Part shown: in pieces, positions 10,073 to 20,471 of the stretch
Layout: every line of letters begins with the position of its first letter
Numbering within the stretch: the first letter of the stretch is position 1
Source: Candidatus Babeliales bacterium
Lineage (GTDB): Bacteria > Babelota > Babeliae > Babelales > JANWKD01
Length of the DNA stretch: 64,000 nt
Reading direction: 5' to 3'
Assembly (NCBI GenBank): GCA_963722075.1
Contig: CAVRJM010000001.1
Location: 960,001 to 1,024,000, forward strand
The notes under the pieces: model-generated
What the model was told of the DNA's origin: nothing
The model's input: the letters and a program-made list of their open reading frames with translations, nothing else
Database searches by the model: none
Position numbers and translations under genes: made by a program

Positions 10073-11272
10073 TTAACTAATTACTGAAGACAAATTAAAC
10101 AATGGAACATACAAGGCAAAAACAAGCGATGTTATTAATAACCCCAAAATAATCATTAAAAGCGGTTGTAATAACGTAGCTAATGTTGTCAAAGTACGAT
10201 TAATCTGCTCTTTATATAACTGTGCTATCTGCTCAAAAACAAATGGCATACATGCCGATTCATGCCCTACTGCCAATAATGCAACTACTTGATCAGGAAA
10301 AAGGCTCTTTTCATTTTTGATAGCAGTTGCAAAAGATGCTCCTTCCAAAATAGCACATTGAACGCGCGCCATAGCCGCTCTTAAATAATAATTGCTGATC
10401 GATTGCTGTGCTATTTCTAACGCAGTAACCAAATGTATGCCTCTTTTAGTTAATAATGCTAAGGACTGAAAATAATAAACGAAAGTGATATGGTGCGTAA
10501 TCGTTTTTAAAATTGGAATAGTTACCATGCCCCATTCTATTGCACGAAGCATTACTTTGCTCCGTTTAAGTACATAACTAATACCGGTTATTATTATTGC
10601 CGCAAGAATACTATAGATCGGGAACCATATGGTTCTTACAAAATCACTGAGTAAAAAAATGAAAGCGGTGCTGGTGGAACATGATTGATTACACGAAGAA
10701 AAGAGCGCATTAAAGCGCGGTACAATAACAACTATGATAATAGTGGCAATAAGAACAAAAAATACAAATGTAATAAATGGCATTAATAGTATTGATCGAA
10801 TTTTTTTCTTAAAATTAAGAAATAATTCTTGGTAAGTACATAATTCTTCTAAAGCCGGCACCATCGTTCCTGATTCCTGCCCCGCTTGAACAATAACAAT
10901 ACTTAATTCATCAAAAACTAAGGGATAATTACGTAACGCATGTGCAAGCGTAATACCATTTTGAATATCGGTTAATACATCTTGAATAATAGCCTTAAAA
11001 TAGTTCTTTTTTATTTGGTGCATAATAAGCAGTAACGCTTGATCTAAATAAATACCCGCAGCTAGTAATAATCGTAATTGTCTAAAAAAGGTAATTTTCT
11101 CAGCTAATGAAATTGTATGAATTAATGGAAATGGCTTTTTTATTGCATAGCGCAGCAACGCAATCTGCTCTTGAAATAATAACGAGGAAAGCTCTTCATG
11201 GGAATGTGCTACAAACACGCCCGAGCGTGTTTTACCCATTATATCTATGCCATACCATTTATATTGCGGCAC
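10073..11272 (-). CDS. Type II secretion / T4P inner membrane platform protein (GspF/PilC)
   Basis: FFRQL, GQESG, second T2SSF repeat, LQPLLM...LYVPLF. Confidence 0.88.
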   Translation of the reverse strand: MPQYKWYGIDIMGKTRSGVFVAHSHEELSSLLFQEQIALLRYAIKKPFPLIHTISLAEKITFFRQLRLLLAAGIYLDQALLLIMHQIKKNYFKAIIQDVLTDIQNGITLAHALRNYPLVFDELSIVIVQAGQESGTMVPALEELCTYQELFLNFKKKIRSILLMPFITFVFFVLIATIIIVVIVPRFNALFSSCNQSCSTSTAFIFLLSDFVRTIWFPIYSILAAIIITGISYVLKRSKVMLRAIEWGMVTIPILKTITHHITFVYYFQSLALLTKRGIHLVTALEIAQQSISNYYLRAAMARVQCAILEGASFATAIKNEKSLFPDQVVALLAVGHESACMPFVFEQIAQLYKEQINRTLTTLATLLQPLLMIILGLLITSLVFALYVPLFNLSSVIS

Positions 11273-11403
11273 CGCAAACTCCTTTTATTTAATACAAATT
11301 GGTGTACTTATATCGTAATAATGCAAAAGTAATATTGTGAAGATTTAGCTTATTACGGTGCATAATAGACTATTATAGAGCTCTTTTTGGAAACAATTGT
11401 ATA

Positions 11404-11488
11404 ACTGGATTCCTACGTCACTACACTTCACTTCGTTCCTCAGAATGACATGGTTACTGTCATCTTGAGCGCAGCGTAAAGATCCAGT
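11404..11488. repeat. REP-like palindrome doublet (GTCATCCTGAG...GGATCCAGT family)
   Basis: Inverted pair at 11404-11450 and 11458-11488. Confidence 0.75.
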
Positions 11489-11509
11489 AATTTAATTACT
11501 TCCTTTAAA

Positions 11510-11866
11510 TTATCCCTTCGACCGTGGATGGGGAATAATAGCAGTAACAACTATAGATTCTTTTTGATCACCGTAATACCAAAAAATGCGATAAGCATGC
11601 GGCGTATGTTGCTCCACATATGCTTCAAACAGCTTTTGGCCATCAGGCCCCTTAGTCCCATGGTATTCATGAGTATTTAATGAAGGATGACGCAAATTTT
11701 CCTGCATAAAATGCAATGCTTTGATAACATCTTTTAATACACGAGCTTGAGAATGATCACGATTCAACTCCTCAAGTTCTTTTAAGGCATCTTCAGTGAA
11801 AATAACTTTCAACAAATTTTTTGTCCCCGTAACCCCATTTGTGTTCCCATACACCCTTAAAATCAT
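11510..11866 (-). CDS. Orphan RelE/ParE-like toxin (true start probably downstream of 11866)
   Basis: VIFTEDALKEL, RHPSLNTHEY, YRIFWYY, VTAIIPHP; no adjacent antitoxin seen. Confidence 0.6.
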   Translation of the reverse strand: MILRVYGNTNGVTGTKNLLKVIFTEDALKELEELNRDHSQARVLKDVIKALHFMQENLRHPSLNTHEYHGTKGPDGQKLFEAYVEQHTPHAYRIFWYYGDQKESIVVTAIIPHPRSKG

Positions 11867-11898
11867 AATAAAGCATCACTGAATGCCTTTTCAATATC

Positions 11899-12195
11899 CT
11901 AGAAAATAATCTTTTGTTGAACTGCTTTTTCTAAGCCAATTCTTTCTAAAAACTGCTCATAGGTAAGTGGCGTATCAATTTTTATTTTTTTAGTGCGGCC
12001 CGTTGCGCCCGCAATAAGCGAAATACTACGAATGGGGATTTTTAATGAATCGGCAATAAATTCAAGTAATTCCATATTAGCACGGCCCTTTTCGGGCGCA
12101 TTTTTAAGATAGCATTTGAGCCGACCGGATTTATCCAGTAGCCAGCAACGGCGGCCACTACTAGGTGTCACTTTAACCTCTATGATAAGAGCCAT
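11899..12195 (-). CDS. DUF167/YggU family protein
   Basis: VKVTPSS, APEKGRANMELLEFIA, GATGRTK. Confidence 0.88.
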   Translation of the reverse strand: MALIIEVKVTPSSGRRCWLLDKSGRLKCYLKNAPEKGRANMELLEFIADSLKIPIRSISLIAGATGRTKKIKIDTPLTYEQFLERIGLEKAVQQKIIF

Positions 12196-12307
12196 AGTAA
12201 TATACCCTTTCTATTAGCAAGCTAGTAATATTTATTGGTAATAATATTTAAGAATACTTGCATAAATTAGCAAATATTTTATCCTGATTTATATTTTCTT
12301 TGCTTAA

Positions 12308-12398
12308 GGAGAGATGGCTGAGCGGTCTAAAGCGCTTGCCTGCTAAGCAAGAGCTCCAGAAATGGGGCACGAGGGTTCGAATCCCTCTCTCTCCGCCA
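12308..12398 (+). tRNA. tRNA-Ser(GCT)
   Basis: GGAGAGATGGCTGAG...CT-GCT-AA...GGTTCGAATCC...GCCA. Confidence 0.95.
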
Positions 12399-12577
12399 GT
12401 CATTTCCTTCAGAAATGCCTGGCAGGCCAGTTAAGGTCAATTGATAAAGAAGATTGCCCGTGCGCCGTAACTTTAGTGAAGGAGCATCCGGCATAGCTGT
12501 AAGCGACGACGGACTAATTTATTCTCCTATCGGTTTGAAATTGATGCAAAGACTAGACATTTTAATTGAAATAATAC

Positions 12578-12654
12578 GCGCCTATAGCTCAATTGGATAG
12601 AGCGTCAGACTACGGATCTGAAGGTTTAAGGTTCGACTCCTTATAGGCGCACCA
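12578..12654 (+). tRNA. tRNA-Arg(ACG)
   Basis: GCGCCTATAGCTCAATTGG...CT-ACG-GA...GGTTCGACTCC...ACCA. Confidence 0.95.
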
Positions 12655-12817
12655 GGCATTTCTGAGGGAAATGACTGGCAAGCCAGCTACGCCATAGCGC
12701 ATAAAGCGGCGGACTTGTCCCGCCGAAGCTTGCCAAGTTGGAAGGCATGGATAAGCGTAAGCGGATTGAAATTATAACGTAATTTGTTATAAATTATATA
12801 AACACTGAAATTTATAC

Positions 12818-12909
12818 GGAGAGATGGCAGAGCGGTCGAATGCGGCGGTCTTGAAAACCGTTATCCCGAGAGATCGGGATCGTGGGTTCGAATCCCACTC
12901 TCTCCTCCA
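12818..12909 (+). tRNA. tRNA-Ser(TGA)
   Basis: GGAGAGATGGCAGAG...CT-TGA-AA...GGTTCGAATCC...TCCA. Confidence 0.95.
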
Positions 12910-13316
12910 ATCTTCGCCTGCATGAGAATAACTTCGAAGGCAAATTAGGCTACGATTGGCTAACCGCCAGTTAAGGTCAATTGATAAAGAAGATTGTCCG
13001 TCGTAGCTCAGGCGTGCTTCAGCAATATCCCATCGCAAGCGAAGACTGGACAGCCTGGCATGCCAATTCTTTTAAGGAAATATTTCCCCCCAAAACCCCT
13101 TTGTATCCAAAAAAAACTCTTAAAATACAAATTAAAAAGCCATTTTAATCCATACTTTCTATTTTTTATGGTAAAAAAGGGTCTAAACATACATTTTTTT
13201 GCCATTGTTCTGCCGTTATTTTGCCAATAAAAACTCGTTATTTCAGTTTTAGCGATATTTTGTATATAAAATACTATTTTATGGCTTTTTAACTGGAATT
13301 ATCAACAAATTTCTAT

Positions 13317-13345
13317 TTGACAATTTATAAAATCTATACTATATT
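13317..13345 (+). promoter_or_regulatory. Sigma70-like promoter of the Skp1-WD40 array
   Basis: TTGACA-N17-TATATT. Confidence 0.55.
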
Positions 13346-13393
13346 TTAATTACTGTTAATACATATTTTATGGATAAAAATAGAGGTTATTTC

Positions 13394-15595
13394 ATGAAGT
13401 TAGTTAAAAAATTATTACTTGCCGCTTTCGCGCTTCCCTTATTAAACGCACAAGGTATGGAACCTGATTCAGTTGATATCGATTCCAGCACAATAGCGTT
13501 ATTTAAAACCAATGATAAGCAAAATGTTGCTATAGAGTTTAAATATATTGCTCATCAATCTAAAACACTGGTAAATCAGATTAAAGCTGCTGGTACGCTG
13601 AATGAAGCAACTGAAATCCCTTGCTCAAAAGAAACATTTATAATACTTCAAGCCGCATTGCAAGAAGCTTATATCCATAATTGTATTAATGATGAGTTTT
13701 TTGAAAGTCTTACATCTTTAAATCCAGAGCAACTTATTAATATAGCTAATGCTGCCAGTTGGGCTGATTTCCAATCACTTATAAAAACCGTAATAGAAAT
13801 AATTGGGCAGCGTTGCTTAAAGCATGAGAGTTACTTACCGCACGAGATATTAGAATCTTATCATTCATTAGGGTTAAATGATGTTTTAACAGAATTGATA
13901 AGAAATCTGCTTGATAAAAAAACATCTCAGAATGAACCAGCAGAAAATGAAGCTCAAGTAACATTAGTTGCCAATGATGGCAAAGAATTTAAAATATTAA
14001 AATCAATAGCCAGCCATTTCAAGACAATTCAACATATTATGGGCGATTATGATAATGAGACTGAAGCAATTCCTTTGCCTAATGTGGCTTCAGAAACATT
14101 ACAAACATTAATTTCCATAGCTAAGAACATAAACCAAGAAAATCCCGAACCAATAAGCATTATGGAAGGATTAATACCACAAGATACTCAAAAAATTATC
14201 GATCTTTTTACTGCTGCTGATTATTTAGGCAGTGAATATATATGCAATGGCCTTATTTCCATTATTGAAAAAAAATTGAATGATTCTGAATTACTTAATG
14301 ATTATGATAAAATTGCTTGGCTCTTACAAAACAGCACTCCATCCCTTATTCAGAAATTAGACCTCACTACTTTTTTTACTTCACTAATTCCTGATCAAAT
14401 TACCGCAACTACATTGACTGGCCATAGTTACTTTATTGCTTCAGTAGCTTTTAGCCCGAATAATAAATTACTTGCAACGGGATCTGATCAAACTATTAAA
14501 ATATGGGATGTTGTTGATGGCTCTTGCATAAAAACCTTAAAGGGCCGTAATCTTATTGATCTTATAGCATTTAGCCCTAACGGACAGATACTTGCTACTG
14601 GTTCGACTTGGAAAAAAATCGTTCAACTATGGAATGTTGTTAGTGGTTCTTGCCTACACACCTTAACTGTGCATGATGATTCTGATCTTAGTTGTTTTGC
14701 CTTTAGCCCAGATGGTACTCTCCTTGCAACTGATTCCGATGATAACATTAAACTATGGAATGTTATTGATGGTTCAAGCTTATTTACTTTAACCGATGTT
14801 TGTTTACACATCAGTTGTCTTGCTTTTAGCCCCGATGGCAATCTTCTTGTAACGAGCTCTGATAAAAAGATTAAATTATGGAATGTTGTTGATGGCTCTT
14901 GCATAAACACCTTAAAGGGCCATAAGAAAGATATTAAAAATCTTGCATTTAGTCCAAATGGTAAGATACTTGCCTCTATTTCAAGAGATAAAGTTATTAA
15001 ATTATGGGATGCTACTTCATTTGACTGCTTGCATACATTAGTTAGTCCTCCTACTAACAATAATACTCAAAGGTATATCTGCCGTGACCATATAGTTTTT
15101 AGTCCAGATGGTAATCTTCTGGCAACTGTTGTGGCTGGAGATTCAATGCTTAACATATGGGACGTGCATAAGGGCTCTCATCTATATACATTAACCGGCC
15201 ATACTCATCTCATAAGCGGGTTAACCTTTAGCCATAATGGTAATAAAATTATTACTGCATCTTGGGATAAAACAGTTAAATTATGGGACATTAAAACCGG
15301 TGTTTGTTTAAAGACCTTAACAGAGCATACCCAAGAAGTTCGATGCCTTACTCTAAGTCCTAATGGCCACCTACTTGCTACTGGTTCCAAAGATAATACT
15401 ATTAAATTATGGCGTCTTTTTGATGAAGAACTTTTAAATTTATCTTGTGAACAACTCTTATTATTAAAATTTTATTATGAAGCTCATAAACATACTATTC
15501 CTTTTGAATGTTCTGACCAACCCTACTTAAAAGAACTACATGATAGTTATCCATCCTCAATTCGTATATGGATTAATAAATTAACTAAGAAATGA
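13394..15595 (+). CDS. Secreted Skp1/BTB-like x2 + WD40 repeat protein (paralog 1)
   Basis: GAGG RBS before MKLVKK; DGKEFKI...IPLPNV...LFTAADYL; about 8 AFSPDG/IKLWD repeats. Confidence 0.85.
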   Translation: MKLVKKLLLAAFALPLLNAQGMEPDSVDIDSSTIALFKTNDKQNVAIEFKYIAHQSKTLVNQIKAAGTLNEATEIPCSKETFIILQAALQEAYIHNCINDEFFESLTSLNPEQLINIANAASWADFQSLIKTVIEIIGQRCLKHESYLPHEILESYHSLGLNDVLTELIRNLLDKKTSQNEPAENEAQVTLVANDGKEFKILKSIASHFKTIQHIMGDYDNETEAIPLPNVASETLQTLISIAKNINQENPEPISIMEGLIPQDTQKIIDLFTAADYLGSEYICNGLISIIEKKLNDSELLNDYDKIAWLLQNSTPSLIQKLDLTTFFTSLIPDQITATTLTGHSYFIASVAFSPNNKLLATGSDQTIKIWDVVDGSCIKTLKGRNLIDLIAFSPNGQILATGSTWKKIVQLWNVVSGSCLHTLTVHDDSDLSCFAFSPDGTLLATDSDDNIKLWNVIDGSSLFTLTDVCLHISCLAFSPDGNLLVTSSDKKIKLWNVVDGSCINTLKGHKKDIKNLAFSPNGKILASISRDKVIKLWDATSFDCLHTLVSPPTNNNTQRYICRDHIVFSPDGNLLATVVAGDSMLNIWDVHKGSHLYTLTGHTHLISGLTFSHNGNKIITASWDKTVKLWDIKTGVCLKTLTEHTQEVRCLTLSPNGHLLATGSKDNTIKLWRLFDEELLNLSCEQLLLLKFYYEAHKHTIPFECSDQPYLKELHDSYPSSIRIWINKLTKK

Positions 15596-15616
15596 AGAGA
15601 ATAATGGAGTTATAAA

Positions 15617-17773
15617 ATGAAATTAATTAAAAAATTATTATTCCTCATGTGTGCACTTACTATAGCACAGAGCTATGGTATGAAGCGTAAAGCATCAGAA
15701 ATAGGATCTACATCAAAAACTAGTAATAAAAAAATAGAATATGATTCTGAAGTTATTGTTACATTTAAAACTACTGATGATCAATCTATACCGGTAAAAT
15801 TACACTATATTTCTGAGTATTCTAGAACATTATATGATATGTTTATAGATGCAAACGATTCAAATGAACCTATTCCAGTACCATTTTCATCAGAACCATT
15901 CACTTTTATCAGTGTTGCATTAGAAACAGCTTCCCACGGATCTTTTGATGCAAAGTTTGATGAAAAACTTGAATCGTTGAGCATATCTCAACTTATTGAT
16001 ATTGCTAATGCTGCTTCTTGGACCGATTTCCAACTTCTTATAGAATCAGTAGTAAAAGCACTTACTAATCGCTGCTTAAAAAATCCTTGTGCTCAAATAT
16101 TACGCAAATATAAAAAAAAAGATTTAGCTGATGCGCTACTTACTATAATTACTACTAACCTTATTGTTTTAGCCACTAATGATGGTAAAACATTTACCAT
16201 TTCATGCGATGAAATAACCGATTTTAAAGTTATTCAAAAAATGTTTAATGATCTTGAAAACAATAGTGAACCAATTCCACTACCTAATATTTCTTCCCCC
16301 ATATTAGAAGTACTTTTATATTGCAACAAGCATACAAGTAATTCGCAATCCATTATGAAGGAACTAATGGCTTATGATTTGAAACCTCTCTTTGACCTTT
16401 TTAATGCTGCTGATTATTTAGATCATGAAAAACTAGTCCATTTATTTGCCAGTATTATCGGTAAAAAGTTAAGTGATCCTGCATCATTACATGATTATGA
16501 GGACGTTGCTTGGGTTTTACAAAATAGCTCACCGTTACTTATTGAAAACCTACATAACGCATCATTCTTTAATTCATTACTTCAGCTGGTCTGTATACCA
16601 GATAAAATTAGTGAAACTACCCTGACAAATGACGGAGAATATTTCCAAATTGCTTTTGGTCCTGGTGATCAAACGCTTATAGCGAATGGTCACAGAAATG
16701 TTACGGTATGGGATACCAATTCTAATACCTGGATAAATACATTACCTAGGTTAAACAACGATTATCATTCCCAAGTGATCTTGTGCCCTAGTGCACAAAT
16801 CGCTGCTATTACTGGCCCCAGTGTTATTAAACTATATGATGTTATTACTAATAACTGTATCCTCACCTTAACAAACACTCCCGCTTGGGTTAAATATTTT
16901 GACTTTAGTCCTGATGGGAAAACCTTTGCTTTTTCTGACGACTATACTACCCAACTATGGAGTACACATACCGGTGAACATCTCCATACTTTAAGTTCTA
17001 CTGATTCAAATCATTTTTTTGCCTTTAGCCCTGATGGAAAAATCATTGCTAATTGTACTAAGAAAGCTATCAAATTATGGAATGTTACGACTGGAAGCTG
17101 TATCCATACTTTAGAAATTTCAGATAAATATATTGATCTTATTGTCGATTTAAAATTTAGTCCAGATGGGCAAACTTTAGCTACTTCCTCTTGGGATACC
17201 ACTACTAAATTATGGAATGTCATTACTGGAGAATGTATCTATACATTGCAAGGCCATAGTGGGGGAATCGAGGATATTGCCTTCAGTCCTAATGGCCAAA
17301 TCCTTGCTACTAGTTCTGTTGATCAAACTATTAAATTATGGGATGTTACTACTGGTGAATGTCTTCAAACGTTAAATATATTCAAAAAAGCGAATCGTAT
17401 TACCTTTAGCCCTGACAGTTGCATACTTGCTAGTTCTTCAAATAACATTATTCAATTATGGGATACTATTACTGGTAACTATATTCACACGATAAGCACA
17501 CATACTCAAACAATTCAATCTCTTGCCTTTAGTTCTAACAACCACATACTCGCTAGCGCATCAAATAGTACCATTAAATTACATCCTATCAGAGATCAAG
17601 AATTGTTAAATACGTATTGTAGTCTACCGCTAGAACAATTATTATTGCTTGCTTTCTGCCATAATGCTCATAGCCACCATATACCTTTTAATTTCTCTCA
17701 GCATGCATATTTAAATGAAATTTATGAAAGTTGCCCGGACACTGTTCGAACACGGATCCCGGATTTAAAATAG
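15617..17773 (+). CDS. Secreted Skp1/BTB-like x2 + WD40 repeat protein (paralog 2)
   Basis: DGKTFTI...PIPLPNI...LFNAADYL; WD40 repeats. Confidence 0.85.
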   Translation: MKLIKKLLFLMCALTIAQSYGMKRKASEIGSTSKTSNKKIEYDSEVIVTFKTTDDQSIPVKLHYISEYSRTLYDMFIDANDSNEPIPVPFSSEPFTFISVALETASHGSFDAKFDEKLESLSISQLIDIANAASWTDFQLLIESVVKALTNRCLKNPCAQILRKYKKKDLADALLTIITTNLIVLATNDGKTFTISCDEITDFKVIQKMFNDLENNSEPIPLPNISSPILEVLLYCNKHTSNSQSIMKELMAYDLKPLFDLFNAADYLDHEKLVHLFASIIGKKLSDPASLHDYEDVAWVLQNSSPLLIENLHNASFFNSLLQLVCIPDKISETTLTNDGEYFQIAFGPGDQTLIANGHRNVTVWDTNSNTWINTLPRLNNDYHSQVILCPSAQIAAITGPSVIKLYDVITNNCILTLTNTPAWVKYFDFSPDGKTFAFSDDYTTQLWSTHTGEHLHTLSSTDSNHFFAFSPDGKIIANCTKKAIKLWNVTTGSCIHTLEISDKYIDLIVDLKFSPDGQTLATSSWDTTTKLWNVITGECIYTLQGHSGGIEDIAFSPNGQILATSSVDQTIKLWDVTTGECLQTLNIFKKANRITFSPDSCILASSSNNIIQLWDTITGNYIHTISTHTQTIQSLAFSSNNHILASASNSTIKLHPIRDQELLNTYCSLPLEQLLLLAFCHNAHSHHIPFNFSQHAYLNEIYESCPDTVRTRIPDLK

Positions 17774-17782
17774 AGGTTTTAA

Positions 17783-20461
17783 ATGAAATTAATTAAAAAA
17801 TTATTACTCCTCATATGTGCGCTTACTATAGCAAATGGCTATGGCATGAAGCGTAAAGCATCAGAAATAGGATCTACATCAAAAACTAGTAATAAAAAAA
17901 TAGAATATGATTCCGAAGTTATTGTTAGATTTAAAACTACTGATGATCAACCGGTATCGGTAAAATTATATTATATTTCTAAGTATTCTAAAACATTATA
18001 TGATATGTATATAGATGCTGACGATTCAAATGAACCTATTCCCGTACCATTTTCATCAGAACCATTCACTTTTATCGCTGATGCGTTTCAAAGGGTTATT
18101 AACTCAAACTTATTTGAAAATAAACTTTATGAAAAAATTCAAGAGTTAACCATAGATCAATGCATTAACCTTGCAAATGCCGCTTGCTGGGCTGATTTTC
18201 AACTACTTATTGAAGCTATAGTAGAAATTATTACTCATCGTTGCTTATATAGCGAAAATCTTTCACCACAAGAAGTGTTAGATGAATATCAAAAACGGGA
18301 ATTAAATGATGCTTTACTCTTATTAATCAAAAATAAATTAAATCCCATTGAAAAACCATCTTTTACCATTACTTTCAAAACTGATGACGATCAACTAATT
18401 GAGGTGAATTCTATTTATTTCGTTGGTCAAGCCGACACGTTGCTTCAATTATTTAGACAACGGGGTGGGCAACCAGTTGCCATTCCATTTTCAATGGAAA
18501 CTTTTACTTTCATCATAGAAGCACTGCAACATAGCTATAGTACACAATCATTTGATGGCGAATTTTGTAAAAAATGGGAATTATTAACTCACAACCAATT
18601 GATCACTATTGCTAATGCCGCTCACTGCTATAATATTGAATCATTATTACAAAAAATAATAACAATAATAACGCATCGATGTTTAACTAGTGATGAATGC
18701 TTACACCCCCAGCTTGCATTGCAATCATATTATGAAAATGGCTTAGCTTCTGAGCTAATCCCATTAATCCAAAATGAACTTAATACAATCATCTCATCTG
18801 AAGAAAACACCATTGTTTTAATTACCAACGATCATCAAGAAATCGCTATTTGCCCATCTCAAGCACGTTCTTTTAAAACAATTCAAAATACAATAGATTC
18901 TTATGAAAATACAAATGAACCTATTTTTCTGCCCAATATTTCTCAAAACATATTGATGCTTCTTCTTCAAGCGCTCAAAAATATTACATATCAACACATA
19001 AATTCTTCAGTAGTCATAGAAGGTCTTGCAAATCAAACTGTTGAAACACTTATCGCTCTTTTTAATGCTGCAGATTATTTAGGAAGTGATTACGTATGCA
19101 AAGCACTTATGGCTACTATTGAAAAAAAATTGGATGAGCCTAGTTTTTTAGATAATTATGATAGTATCGCCTGGTTGTTACAAAGTAATTTTGATTTTTT
19201 TAATGAAACATTACAGAGCGGTTCATTTTTTTATTCATTATTACAACTAGTAGCTAAACCCCAAACAAACACACCAGCCAATATAATAAATCATGGTACA
19301 ACAATAAAAGGTATGAAATTTAGCCCAGATGGCCAACTTCTTGCAACTCTTACTGACAAAACCGTAACTATTTACAATTCTCATGATGGTTCAATTCTAG
19401 ATACATTAGAAGGTTTTTCTCTGGAGTACCCATCTTTATTATTTAGTCCCAATGGGCAATTTATTGTGGTACATGATAAAGGACCTTATGGAACTAGACT
19501 TATTATTAAAATATATGATGTTATCAATAAATCTTGTGTATACACATTACAATGCAAGAGCAATGTTAGAAATACCGTTTTCAGTCCTGATAGCCAAAAT
19601 CTTATTATATATTATTCTCATGGCACTATTGAATTAGTTAATATCATTAATAAATCTTATGATACTGTCGAAACTAACAACAAAAAATTTATGTGCACCG
19701 CATTTAGCCCCGATGCAACTATTTTTGCTATGACTTCAGATAATTTCATACAATTGTGGGATATTTATGAGTACCGTTATTTACCAATTTCAACTGGGCA
19801 TAAGGAACGAGTTAAGCATTTAGCATTTAGTCCTGATGGAAAATTCCTAGTAACAATCTTTATCGGTAACGATATCAAAATTTGGGATGTTTCTGATGGT
19901 TCTTGCTTACGTACAATAACCCATAATAATAGTTATATTAACCATGTTGTCTTTAGTCCCGATGGGGAATTTTTTGCTACATGCGCTGACAATGGCACTA
20001 TTACCTTATGGACCAATAATGGTGACCGGGTAAAAACATTGCTTGCTCATGATCAGCCAGTTTCATTCATTGCATTTAGTCCTTATGGGCAAATTCTTGT
20101 CTCTCAATCTGCTAAAACCGCTAAAATATGGGATATTAATAATGGATCTGGCATTTCAGAATATCATATCAGTGAAAAAGCTTTTATTAATTTTTTAGCC
20201 TTAAGTCCTGACGACCAACAACTCGCTATCAATTCTTCCGATGGAACCACTGCGTTATATCCCCTTTATGATCATGATCTGGCAACATCGTTTATGGCGT
20301 TACCTTTTGAACAATTGCTACTACTCAAACTATGTTATAATGCTTATAGGTATACTATTCCATTCAATTTTTCTGGCCATCCGTATTTAAAAGAAGTGTA
20401 TGATAGTTGTCCTGATATCGTCCAAACATGGATTAATAAATTAATACCACCACAAAAATAG
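17783..20461 (+). CDS. Secreted Skp1/BTB-like x3 + WD40 repeat protein (paralog 3)
   Basis: Three modules ending LANAACWADF / IANAAHCYNI / LFNAADYL; WD40 repeats. Confidence 0.85.
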   Translation: MKLIKKLLLLICALTIANGYGMKRKASEIGSTSKTSNKKIEYDSEVIVRFKTTDDQPVSVKLYYISKYSKTLYDMYIDADDSNEPIPVPFSSEPFTFIADAFQRVINSNLFENKLYEKIQELTIDQCINLANAACWADFQLLIEAIVEIITHRCLYSENLSPQEVLDEYQKRELNDALLLLIKNKLNPIEKPSFTITFKTDDDQLIEVNSIYFVGQADTLLQLFRQRGGQPVAIPFSMETFTFIIEALQHSYSTQSFDGEFCKKWELLTHNQLITIANAAHCYNIESLLQKIITIITHRCLTSDECLHPQLALQSYYENGLASELIPLIQNELNTIISSEENTIVLITNDHQEIAICPSQARSFKTIQNTIDSYENTNEPIFLPNISQNILMLLLQALKNITYQHINSSVVIEGLANQTVETLIALFNAADYLGSDYVCKALMATIEKKLDEPSFLDNYDSIAWLLQSNFDFFNETLQSGSFFYSLLQLVAKPQTNTPANIINHGTTIKGMKFSPDGQLLATLTDKTVTIYNSHDGSILDTLEGFSLEYPSLLFSPNGQFIVVHDKGPYGTRLIIKIYDVINKSCVYTLQCKSNVRNTVFSPDSQNLIIYYSHGTIELVNIINKSYDTVETNNKKFMCTAFSPDATIFAMTSDNFIQLWDIYEYRYLPISTGHKERVKHLAFSPDGKFLVTIFIGNDIKIWDVSDGSCLRTITHNNSYINHVVFSPDGEFFATCADNGTITLWTNNGDRVKTLLAHDQPVSFIAFSPYGQILVSQSAKTAKIWDINNGSGISEYHISEKAFINFLALSPDDQQLAINSSDGTTALYPLYDHDLATSFMALPFEQLLLLKLCYNAYRYTIPFNFSGHPYLKEVYDSCPDIVQTWINKLIPPQK

Positions 20462-20471
20462 AGGTTATAAA

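Noticed and set aside
8655..12909. Prophage or integrative island at the tRNAs
   Set aside because: No integrase, phage genes or duplicated tRNA 3' end (att site) seen
12787..13230. ORFs 12787-13038, 12994-13230 and 13008-13205
   Set aside because: The first is antisense to tRNA-Ser (REWDSNP signature); the others run over repeats or low-complexity intergenic DNA
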